Source: an uncultured virus (IMG/VR IMGVR_UViG_3300042549_010585) (taxonomy: Duplodnaviria; Heunggongvirae; Uroviricota; Caudoviricetes). From it: 20,000 nt of DNA. This document shows, piece after piece, positions 1-8,449 of this stretch. The translations under genes and the position numbers were made by a program. The DNA lies in IMG/VR virus record IMGVR_UViG_3300042549_010585; one strand, 5' to 3'. The notes under the pieces were generated by a model. The model ran no database searches and had not been told where the DNA came from. It saw only the letters and a list, made by a program, of their open reading frames with translations. Each line of letters begins with the position of its first letter. The first letter of the stretch is position 1.

Positions 1-843
1 TGTGAACACAGTGTCTTCTTCATAAAATACATAACTTCCAGAATATACAGATGGTCCAGAAGCAGAAATTTTTGTCAAACTAACAGCTACGGGATTTGTG
101 ATTGTATCCAAACCATTTGGTAAATAAATTAATAACTTTACAGGCAAGTCACTCGAAAGTTCTTGACTACAAACTACCCTAAAATACATAGTTTTACTTT
201 TAGGGCCTTTACCTTGATCATAATAATATTGCTCTTCGTCAGTTAGGTCTTCGCCGTGGGCTGGAACTGTAGATATTACAGGAACGCCAAATCTAATAGG
301 CCTTGGATGAGTCCAGGCATGATCAAATATACCAATTGAAAATTCTGGGCCTCGACTTCCTATTGGAACAAATATATTTGAATCAATAGTTAATGGAGAA
401 AAATAATTCAAAGCCTGAAAGTCTTTATTTTCCTCAACTTGATATATTTCTATTCTTAAGTCTGGAGAAGATGTATTTAAGGTTAAAATATTTTTATTAA
501 ATGTTACAATTGTTCCATCTATAATATCTATTGCTATATTTAATTTGCCAAATTTTCCAATTGCTTTATTTTTTTGATAATTAAATGACTCGAAAGATTC
601 TAATTTTAAATTTATAGATCTTACTTTTGGAGATTCTTGGGTATATAAAATATTTAATTTATTATTTTCTGCATAGAGTGCTATATGAAAATTTTCTTCA
701 ATCTGATATGCAATTGCTTGCGATATGGCACCCAGGCATGAGTTAACTGGTGCATCAATTAATGTTAATTTTAATTTGTTTTTGCCAATAATAATATCAA
801 GATTGTTATCATTTAAATTTGATTGTATTTTTAAATTTTCCAT
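1..843 (-). CDS. Hypothetical protein, probably virion structural; 3' end runs off the window (>=281 aa)
   Basis: Not in the ORF track. Manual translation from ATG at 843-841 gives MENLKIQSNLNDNNLDIIIGKNKLKLTLIDAPVNSCLGAISQAIAYQIEENFHIALYAENN...FDHAWTHPRPIRFGVPVISTVPAHGEDL...SGSYVFYEEDTVFT, with no stop down to base 1. It starts 4 nt after the TAA of the upstream gene, suggesting coupling. Confidence 0.85.
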   Translation of the reverse strand, partial: MENLKIQSNLNDNNLDIIIGKNKLKLTLIDAPVNSCLGAISQAIAYQIEENFHIALYAENNKLNILYTQESPKVRSINLKLESFESFNYQKNKAIGKFGKLNIAIDIIDGTIVTFNKNILTLNTSSPDLRIEIYQVEENKDFQALNYFSPLTIDSNIFVPIGSRGPEFSIGIFDHAWTHPRPIRFGVPVISTVPAHGEDLTDEEQYYYDQGKGPKSKTMYFRVVCSQELSSDLPVKLLIYLPNGLDTITNPVAVSLTKISASGPSVYSGSYVFYEEDTVFT

Positions 844-847
844 ATAT

Positions 848-3800
848 TTACTCAGAAATTAAAATGTCTCCATTAGGTGTGAACTGCAAACCAACTGGAT
901 GAATAACCCCACTCCAGTCTGCCCTAACTCTTCCAGAAACATCATATTTAACCAGCCTGCTATTGGTGCCATTTGTTGCAACATCATCTAAAGCCACCCA
1001 GAAATACAAATTATCTGGATCTGGCAAGGCCCTGACGGCATCTGCGCCTACAGTTGTTATAGTAGCCAAAAGAGTATTATTTCCAGACGTGGTTTGATTT
1101 ATCAAAAGAACTTTGCCGTTAGTTGATGGACTCAAGGCAGGAGCTGCTACTAATAAATTTCTACTCGTTAAATCTAGTGGATCAGGCGTATACAAATATG
1201 CACTACCACCCTTGCCTTCTGTAAATTCTACAAATGTTTTCGAAATTGTTTTAGAATCTATAGTTTCTCCAAGATTACTGTAATTTTTGACTGAATTTTC
1301 ACCCACCATGGCTACTACCCAATTATTAGATTCTATAACTTGGATACTTATTGGCGAATAAATATTATCAAAAACTATTTCTCCAACAAATACAAGTATT
1401 TTTACTGGTGTTTCTGATTGAGGGCCTATCAAATCAGAATCAATTGCGCCATTTAAATTAAAATCTCCATTTACAGTAGCAGTTGTGCTTTCAGTTAATA
1501 ATCCAGTAAAAGATACAAATTCAGTCTGTGCATAACTTCCCGATCCTACAATTTCATAAAGCTTTGTATCTCCATCAATATATGATGGGAGATCTGTTCC
1601 ATCATTGTTGTCTGTAGATGTAGATTCGGTAGAATACGCCACTCCGTCGTTACCGTCAGATGTAATAAAGCCAGTTCCAATATTCAGGAATATATCGCTT
1701 GACCATGAGTCAATTTGAGTTTTTAAAGTTCCAGTAAACGTCACGACCAATGTTGCTGTTTTTTGTGTAGTGCTATTTAAAGGCGTTACTGGTGAGAATT
1801 TTTCAATTTTAACTTGGTTGACTGCAGGTCTCCCTGTGTTATCAAACCCTATGACCTGAACACCCGAAGACACGGATGCTTTTTTTAGTGCATCACTTGT
1901 GTTAGCAAAATTAATATATTGACTAAAAGATATCCACATCTTTCCAAGTCTTGGATTATATTGAGCCGTTAACGCCACTAAGTCTCTGTTGTTTCTTTTG
2001 AGTCTTAAGTTGCCTTGGATAGCCCTAACAAAATAACCGTCTTGATCTACCTCTACAACTCTATCGTTTGCTGTGTCAGCAAAAATATAATGATTATCAA
2101 CAGTCTGAAAAACATCTCTAGGGCTTTCAAGGCCTTTTCTAACACTATAGTTAAATGCTTGGACTGGTGTTGTATATAAATCAGACAATCCTATTAATAA
2201 ATTATTATTTTCTGTTGTGCCAAATCCATTAGAATAGTCGCCAAGCCCATCGTTCCATTTAATAAAATTAAAATAACCAACTTCACTTGTATCATTAAGC
2301 TGAATTCTGTTATTTGTAGGAGGATTTATTATATTAGTAAATGTCCTACCTGTTAAGAAGTCTGCATTGGTAGTCCAGACCTGAGGCGCTGCTGCTCCAG
2401 AAATACTAGTAAAGTGAAGTTGAATAGAATCAACTTCTGGAGAGGACAATCTGTCACTTGATGATGTAAGCAAAACAATTACATCTATATATCTGCCAGT
2501 ATTGTTTCTTGCATCTATTTCATATGTTGTTTGTGAAACATCATAGGGTAAAGCGCCATTAAGTGCTAGATGTGTGTCTTTTGTTCTAGTTTTAATAACA
2601 TAAGAACCATTATTACTAACTATATCCCAAGTAACTTTATTATATAAAGGAGGTGGAGTATTCCCATCGAATCTAAAGGTAAAGGTTCCAGATTGATTAT
2701 AATAAATATCATTCCAGGTAAATATACAGCCTTGTAAATCAGGGAAAATACCTTCTGCTGGCGCTCCGTTTTGTCTTACATAGCTAACTCTGTATGGAAG
2801 ATCTCCTGGATATGTCGTAGGTACGTTTAATTCTATTTTAAATTCAAAATCGTTGTTATAATAAAAACCAAAACCTACTACCTGCGCTCTGCTTGATGAA
2901 GCTATAAAACTATCCATGTTTACTTCAGTATAGTACTGAACGCCTGCGCTTGGCCTGGCCGCTGCATCATGTATCAACACAGCATCCGAAACATAAATAC
3001 CTTCACCCTCTAGAAAATTAACTGAAGTTCCTGTGCCATCACTCAAAATCAAATAAGCATAGATATTTGTAAATCCAGCCCTTGGATCGGCTGGGTTGTC
3101 TGGCAGATTTACAGTATAGCCTATTGCTAATTTATTTACTCCACTGTAATCTCTTGGGTCTCCACTAAATAAAGTATAAAGGTATTCAAATAAACTAATA
3201 TCTGAGTTTCCGTCTAGCGAACTTGATGCAAAGACATGGTTATAATACCAAGGACCGCCAGAACCTGTATTAATAGTTGAATCACTTATCTTGCTATAAG
3301 CATAAGGCTTAGACAAAGTAAAATAACTACTTGCTGTAGTTCCAAATATTTCAATATTTCTTGAAAAATAACTACTACCAACTTCGGCTGATGTATCAGT
3401 TGCGGCATAAGCAGTGCTAAAATCGGTATTAGTCGTCCAGACAACAAAATCAGATATGGCTGTTTGAGCTTCTCCACCAATGATTTGATGATTAGTTCTG
3501 TCAATGGTAGCTAGCGTCACATCCACTGGGACATAAGGTCTGGAAACGCCAGTTAAGCCCACCCCTGCCCATGTACTATACCAAGACACAAACGAGTCAT
3601 TTTCATTGTATCCTGGTAAATAAAGTATTGCATTAATTAAATTTTTATCTACATCACTCAAGCCTGATTGTTTTTTAAGTGCTATGGCCAATTGAAGCAT
3701 GTTGGCTATAAAAATATCTGACAATCTGGGCGCGCTTGAATCTTGCAGCTCTGCCAACAAAGAATCTATCTCACTATGGGTTAGTGTGCCTTTGTTGGAA

Positions 3801-4495
3801 AGCGTTTCGTGATCTATTTGGGGTATTCTTTCGGGCGCAAAAGTACCCGATGTAACAGTTGATGCATCTAAGTCAGAAAGAAACACTCCAGATAATTTAC
3901 CTTGGACATGAGCTCCTAAATCTATAGGGCTTGGATTTCTTGTTCCGCCAATATGCTTGTGAGCGTTTATTCTTGCATTTAAGGTTTCAAATAAGCTAAT
4001 TACTACTCTTCCATAGTCAGCTGTATTATAAACGGTATATGTAAAATTGGTACCATCATAATCAATTTCAACCGCACCGAGACCTATGTAATAATTTGGA
4101 TCATTGATTTCTGAAAGAGATGCAACAAAGTCGACTGTTGATAATTCTGGAGTTGTAGCGTTAGGAGTAGCATATATCCAATATGTGATAGGATAAACAC
4201 CACCAACCGGATATGACAATGTAACATTTATGTTACCAGTTGTCCTAGCATATTTCCAAGCTACATGACCTTCACCTGATGTAATATATACTGATAGTCC
4301 AGTTGTATCAGTTGGTGGTTGTATTAACCATGAAGCAGTATTTCCATCTTCTAAAACACCATTACCAAAGATAGTATATAGGTGCAAAAGATTATTTTCA
4401 ATGGCAAGAAAACGAATCTGATCCATATCTAGCATTTCGCCAGTACGATCTGAAGCCTCTAAATAACCAAATCCATAAATGTTCGTTTTCTTCAT
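848..4495 (-). CDS. Large tail-fibre/baseplate-associated protein with tail-fibre repeats and a C-terminal NHL-like beta-propeller (1215 aa)
   Basis: Long ORF. The N-terminal part has HxH (HKHIGG) and the tail-fibre-type motifs DLDASTVTSGTFAPERIP and DHETLSNKGTLTHSEIDSLL. The C-terminal part has NHL-like blades (ESPRDVFQTVDNHYIFADTANDRVVEVDQDG; YSPISIQVIESNNWVVA; HPVGLQFTPNGDILISE). It is T/S/N/G/Y-rich, typical of beta-strand structural proteins. Function is inferred from motifs. Confidence 0.7.
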   Translation of the reverse strand: MKKTNIYGFGYLEASDRTGEMLDMDQIRFLAIENNLLHLYTIFGNGVLEDGNTASWLIQPPTDTTGLSVYITSGEGHVAWKYARTTGNINVTLSYPVGGVYPITYWIYATPNATTPELSTVDFVASLSEINDPNYYIGLGAVEIDYDGTNFTYTVYNTADYGRVVISLFETLNARINAHKHIGGTRNPSPIDLGAHVQGKLSGVFLSDLDASTVTSGTFAPERIPQIDHETLSNKGTLTHSEIDSLLAELQDSSAPRLSDIFIANMLQLAIALKKQSGLSDVDKNLINAILYLPGYNENDSFVSWYSTWAGVGLTGVSRPYVPVDVTLATIDRTNHQIIGGEAQTAISDFVVWTTNTDFSTAYAATDTSAEVGSSYFSRNIEIFGTTASSYFTLSKPYAYSKISDSTINTGSGGPWYYNHVFASSSLDGNSDISLFEYLYTLFSGDPRDYSGVNKLAIGYTVNLPDNPADPRAGFTNIYAYLILSDGTGTSVNFLEGEGIYVSDAVLIHDAAARPSAGVQYYTEVNMDSFIASSSRAQVVGFGFYYNNDFEFKIELNVPTTYPGDLPYRVSYVRQNGAPAEGIFPDLQGCIFTWNDIYYNQSGTFTFRFDGNTPPPLYNKVTWDIVSNNGSYVIKTRTKDTHLALNGALPYDVSQTTYEIDARNNTGRYIDVIVLLTSSSDRLSSPEVDSIQLHFTSISGAAAPQVWTTNADFLTGRTFTNIINPPTNNRIQLNDTSEVGYFNFIKWNDGLGDYSNGFGTTENNNLLIGLSDLYTTPVQAFNYSVRKGLESPRDVFQTVDNHYIFADTANDRVVEVDQDGYFVRAIQGNLRLKRNNRDLVALTAQYNPRLGKMWISFSQYINFANTSDALKKASVSSGVQVIGFDNTGRPAVNQVKIEKFSPVTPLNSTTQKTATLVVTFTGTLKTQIDSWSSDIFLNIGTGFITSDGNDGVAYSTESTSTDNNDGTDLPSYIDGDTKLYEIVGSGSYAQTEFVSFTGLLTESTTATVNGDFNLNGAIDSDLIGPQSETPVKILVFVGEIVFDNIYSPISIQVIESNNWVVAMVGENSVKNYSNLGETIDSKTISKTFVEFTEGKGGSAYLYTPDPLDLTSRNLLVAAPALSPSTNGKVLLINQTTSGNNTLLATITTVGADAVRALPDPDNLYFWVALDDVATNGTNSRLVKYDVSGRVRADWSGVIHPVGLQFTPNGDILISE

Positions 4496-4508
4496 ATTTG
4501 ACTATCCG

Positions 4509-4730
4509 CTATGTTGTTTTTGGAGCATTCTCTGATGTAATGTCTTCCACGCCCCAAGTAGAAATACCCCATCTGAATACTTCAGTTGATTGCTTAATGT
4601 TATATTCTGTAGTAAGAGGCACATTTCCGACAAAAGTATTTGCAGCCGAGCCATCTGGCATTTTCGTATTTGGAACTGTTTTAGCAATTTGCGCTGCAAT
4701 TACCGAAGACAAAGATGTAAATCTAGGCAT
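4509..4730 (-). CDS. Small hypothetical protein, possibly baseplate/tail accessory (73 aa)
   Basis: ATG start with SD AAGGGG (4745-4740) 9 nt upstream. It fills the gap between two large genes on the same strand and carries a WGxxxWG motif (FRWGISTWG). Confidence 0.75.
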   Translation of the reverse strand: MPRFTSLSSVIAAQIAKTVPNTKMPDGSAANTFVGNVPLTTEYNIKQSTEVFRWGISTWGVEDITSENAPKTT

Positions 4731-4751
4731 AAATCAAAACCCCTTTAGAAA

Positions 4752-7700
4752 TTATTCTCCAATAATGTCTGGAAATCTTTCACCATTAATACTTGCTCGG
4801 ATAATATTCTCACCAATATCGAAAGTATAATCTACATTTGCATAAATATAACTACCGGTTTGGTTATCAGACCCACCCTCAAATGATTTAACCATGAATG
4901 TGCCAGATGTATTAAGTGGCTTAGTCACAAATACGTTCAATTTTATAGCGGTAAATGTTTCCCTTGCAAACTTTTCGCGGAAACTAAATTGTTCTCTAGC
5001 TATAGCCTCATTTTGGAAGAAATTTGTCGTTTCATCAATGTCTAAATATTCTTTATGGTACCCAACATAGCCCAAAACAGGTTGGCTTTGATAACTACCA
5101 ATATCTGTATCAGCACTTGGATTTCTCACAAATTTATTCAATTTTTCCAAAGATGTTGAACTCAAAGCATTATTGATGCTTTTGGATGAAGACTCTTTAT
5201 AAAAAATTGATAAGTCGTGTAATTTTGTAGCCAATATGACTTTACTATGTAAGTTTGAAATCCTTGTTGTTTCTGTCCACCCTTGGGCTTCTACTATACC
5301 ATGTTCTCTATCAGGATTTGAGTTTGCAAGCTTAATAATTCCACTGGGGTCTGAATTATCACCAGCAAAAAACAAACTATCTTGTGGCTCGTCACTCCTA
5401 AGGCTTAACACATATCTGTGCTTTTCTGGATTCCAATAAAATACTGGCAAGCCTTGGTCTCTGCTAAATGGATCTCCTGGAGTGTAAAGCATTAAACTCA
5501 AAAGAGTTTTAACTACATCTTTAATTTTTTTAGACTTGTCAACTGTTAAGATATCTCTTGCTAAGCTTGTTGGAAAATTTAAGCCGAGCGCGCCGATAAC
5601 TTTATTAAAAAAGTTTTTATATAATGCATCATATGTACCGTCTGTTCTTTCTGGCCTTGGTTCATAAACTTTTGATAAGCCCGCAAAATAAAAACTATCT
5701 TCAAGCATTCTTTTAAAGTTTCTATTACTCATGGGATAAGCTGAAGTTGTATTAAATCTGATGTCTGAAAGCAAAGAGTCTCCTAAATCTTGACAGCTTA
5801 CAGTAACTGTAAAGCCATCTGGAGTTCTGTTTACAGTAACGTCTCTACCTATGCCTTGAAAATATGTATTTAATTTAGAGTCATAACCAGCTTTCAGTGT
5901 AAACACCAGTGTATTCTCCTGAATTGCATTTAAAATTTGTATACCAATTAAATCATTTGTCAAATTAGCAAAAATTAATTCAGCAGTTGCTTCTTGATAA
6001 GAATTATTTCTATTTGCACTTTTGTAGTTGATACTTACACGAGCTGAAGCCAAATAAGAAGACAAATCTGAATAATTACCCCAAATTGGACGAGTAATCA
6101 GATCTCTTTGGGCAGCTTCTGGAAAATTTCTAAAATAGAAGAATACAGGTCCTTCTATTGTTGTTTCATAATTAATTTGGCCTGTGACCAAAGATCTTTT
6201 ATTATCTGGAACAGTATTGTCTGTAACAACGCTATTTTCTTCATAACTAAATTCTGGAGTATCAAAATAATCTGAATCTGAAGCATTTCTTCTTCTCCAG
6301 TCACCATAGAATGTTGGAGAATCAGATTCTCCAGTACCTAATATATCTGTATATATTGGCTTTCTCTTTGTAATAAAACCTTGTTTAAGTTGAGTAGGAC
6401 TACAGGATCCTGTAAGGTACTCTTTTTCAGGTACATTGAAGTTAACAACAATTCTATTTCTGGCATCATTATTTGCTGGACTTATATAATCAGCATTAAA
6501 ATTATTAAAACATATTGGTGAATATGTAAAACTAGATGCTATATTTTTAAAATAAATTTCAATTATAGATTTTTCTGGAGTGTACGGCTCATAAATAGAA
6601 TCGTCGCTTGATTCTTCTGTAAGTTGGTCTACTTTAATAGGCTCAAATACATTCCAAGTAGATATATCTGGATCGAAACCAATATACATATTTGAACCAG
6701 CATAATGCACAAATATATCAACTTTATTTGATGATCCAAAGGTTGGGCCATTCAAATCTACTCTACCCCAGTTATTCAATATACTTTGTATTGTGTTACT
6801 TTGTGTGCCTGGTCTTTTATACCTTAAACTTGGAGCTTGATTTGCTGTAAAAACTATTACAAATTCAGTGATTCTTCTCTTGGCTGGCAATTCATTTTTA
6901 TAGCCCCAGTAAACTAAAAGTTGACTTGTTTCAGCCGAATCTTTGGTTACAACCCTTGAAGGATTTGTGATATCTAAATGTATCCAAAAACCACAATTTG
7001 GACCACCTTTAGCTTTGATATCTTCTGGTGGATTAATTATATTATTAACACTAGGATAATATAATTTACATTTGCCTTCGTCGGTATTATCATAGATAAA
7101 ATCATCAGCTATTGGAAATATTCTTCTTAATATACAGGGTTTCCCTTGAGCATGAACTGTAACCCTCGCACCATTTTGAGTTACATTTGTTCCAACAGAA
7201 TTTCCGCCTGCAGCTTTATAGTTAACAACACCAGTATTGAGCAAATAAGTTAATTTTGTTTGATCAACATTTTGCTGAGTCCAGATATTGTATGTTGATC
7301 TTTCTTTCAAAGATTCAAAAGGACCAACTTTAGCCATAGGGACAAATGGAAAAGAACCTGGAGGGTAAACAAAACTAACGCCTGTACCTGAGCTAATTGG
7401 TTGTGTGTTTTCCCTTAGTGTGTTCTCGTCTGACCCTTGAGGGACCGTATATGTTGTCTCTGGACTGAATTTAGAATAAATTCCACCTTTAAGCAAATTG
7501 AGAATTGGATGAGCTTTGCCAGGCACTATTGCACCCTCGGCAAATGTAGCAGCAGGAGCCCCAATTAATAAATTTAATTTAGGAATTAATCCACCTGCGC
7601 CGCTGGATAATGTTGCTATATTTGGAGAGTATTTATTTCTTTCAATTTGTTCATAAAAGGTAGCTGAAAGAGTATTTGAAGGATCTTTTTGTTGCTTACC

Positions 7701-7799
7701 TCTAGAGTATGCTCCAAAAATAGATCCTTGTTCAGGCAAATAAACAGCACTTACAGTACAATTGATATTAAGTTGTCTTGGCGAATTGTTAGAAGCCAC
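4752..7799 (-). CDS. Putative baseplate hub / tail-tip protein (Mu gp44 / P2 GpD / XkdQ-like C-terminal half) with a long N-terminal extension (1015 aa)
   Basis: GTG start with SD AAGGAG (7815-7810). From about aa 577: DLSSYLASARVSIN...ATAELIFANL...FTLKAGYDSKLNTYFQGIGRDVTVNRTPDGFTVTVSCQD...KIKDVVKTLL...FYWN...GSYIYANVDYTFD. This matches the 'l.aGY.....F.G....v......vtv.c.D' pattern and terminal 'G.Y....V.y.f' strand of hub proteins, recognised by eye. Confidence 0.6.
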   Translation of the reverse strand: MASNNSPRQLNINCTVSAVYLPEQGSIFGAYSRGKQQKDPSNTLSATFYEQIERNKYSPNIATLSSGAGGLIPKLNLLIGAPAATFAEGAIVPGKAHPILNLLKGGIYSKFSPETTYTVPQGSDENTLRENTQPISSGTGVSFVYPPGSFPFVPMAKVGPFESLKERSTYNIWTQQNVDQTKLTYLLNTGVVNYKAAGGNSVGTNVTQNGARVTVHAQGKPCILRRIFPIADDFIYDNTDEGKCKLYYPSVNNIINPPEDIKAKGGPNCGFWIHLDITNPSRVVTKDSAETSQLLVYWGYKNELPAKRRITEFVIVFTANQAPSLRYKRPGTQSNTIQSILNNWGRVDLNGPTFGSSNKVDIFVHYAGSNMYIGFDPDISTWNVFEPIKVDQLTEESSDDSIYEPYTPEKSIIEIYFKNIASSFTYSPICFNNFNADYISPANNDARNRIVVNFNVPEKEYLTGSCSPTQLKQGFITKRKPIYTDILGTGESDSPTFYGDWRRRNASDSDYFDTPEFSYEENSVVTDNTVPDNKRSLVTGQINYETTIEGPVFFYFRNFPEAAQRDLITRPIWGNYSDLSSYLASARVSINYKSANRNNSYQEATAELIFANLTNDLIGIQILNAIQENTLVFTLKAGYDSKLNTYFQGIGRDVTVNRTPDGFTVTVSCQDLGDSLLSDIRFNTTSAYPMSNRNFKRMLEDSFYFAGLSKVYEPRPERTDGTYDALYKNFFNKVIGALGLNFPTSLARDILTVDKSKKIKDVVKTLLSLMLYTPGDPFSRDQGLPVFYWNPEKHRYVLSLRSDEPQDSLFFAGDNSDPSGIIKLANSNPDREHGIVEAQGWTETTRISNLHSKVILATKLHDLSIFYKESSSKSINNALSSTSLEKLNKFVRNPSADTDIGSYQSQPVLGYVGYHKEYLDIDETTNFFQNEAIAREQFSFREKFARETFTAIKLNVFVTKPLNTSGTFMVKSFEGGSDNQTGSYIYANVDYTFDIGENIIRASINGERFPDIIGE

Positions 7800-7866
7800 T
7801 TTTTATTTACTCCTTCTTTTAACTTTTCGAGCCTAATAACCTGAGGCCCTTTAACAATACAAGTTA

Positions 7867-8409
7867 TTAATTTTTAGGAGCTAATATCATGATCATAGAT
7901 TTACCATCAAGAACAGGATGTTTTTCAACTGTTGAAATATCGGAAACTGATGCGACCAATCTATTTAAAATATTTTCAGCATATTCAGGATAGGTGATTT
8001 CTCTGCCTTTGAATTTAATTAAAACTTTAACTTTATCGCCGTGCTTTAAAAACTTAATTGCACTATTAAGCTTTACATTGAAATCGTGATCTTCAATCAT
8101 AATGCCAAGCGTAAGAGTTTTCATGTCAACCTGCTTTGCTGCTGCCTGGTGTTCTCTTAGCTTTTTAGATAGTTGATATTTATATTTACCATAATCTAAA
8201 ATTTTACAAACTGGTGGTGTGGCATGTGGTGCGATTTCAATCAAATCCAAATTCATGCTCTTGGCCATCTCCAAGGCCTTGACAGCCGCTACTATACCCT
8301 GCTGTTCGCCATCTTCACCCACTAACCTAACTTCTCTAGCTCTAGGCAAATCATTAAAAAATTTAAGGATTTGATCATTGACTCTTGGCAACAAATTATT
8401 TTCTGACAT
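7867..8409 (-). CDS. infC: Translation initiation factor IF-3 (orphan, probably phage-encoded; 180 aa)
   Basis: Hallmark IF-3 motifs: RVNDQI..RAREVRLVGEDGEQQGIV, ALEMAKSMNLDLIEIAPHATPPVCKILDYGKYKY, IEDHDFNVKL...FLKHGDKVKVLIKFKGRE, PVLDGKSMIMILAP. ATG start with SD AAGGA (8420-8416) 6 nt upstream; double TAA stop. Confidence 0.97.
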   Translation of the reverse strand: MSENNLLPRVNDQILKFFNDLPRAREVRLVGEDGEQQGIVAAVKALEMAKSMNLDLIEIAPHATPPVCKILDYGKYKYQLSKKLREHQAAAKQVDMKTLTLGIMIEDHDFNVKLNSAIKFLKHGDKVKVLIKFKGREITYPEYAENILNRLVASVSDISTVEKHPVLDGKSMIMILAPKN

Positions 8410-8415
8410 TTATAT

Positions 8416-8449
8416 TCCTTTTAATATAATTATAATAAATTGTACACTA
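8416..8449 (-). promoter_or_regulatory. SD sequence and possible internal promoter -10 box for infC
   Basis: The minus strand reads TAGTGTACAATTTATTATAATTATATTAAAAGGA. It has TATAAT (8434-8429), TACAAT (8444-8439) and SD AAGGA. There is no convincing -35 box and the region is very AT-rich, so the promoter is weakly supported. Confidence 0.3.

Noticed and set aside
7829..7849. Small hairpin after infC (GGGCCT-N9-AGGCTC on the minus strand) as a terminator
   Set aside because: It has only 6 bp with one G-U pair and is followed by GAAAAG rather than a U tract, which is too weak to call.
7867..8409. Window as an ordinary bacterial chromosomal infC locus
   Set aside because: There are no rpmI, rplT, thrS or other housekeeping neighbours, and all flanking genes look like virion structural genes or unknowns.
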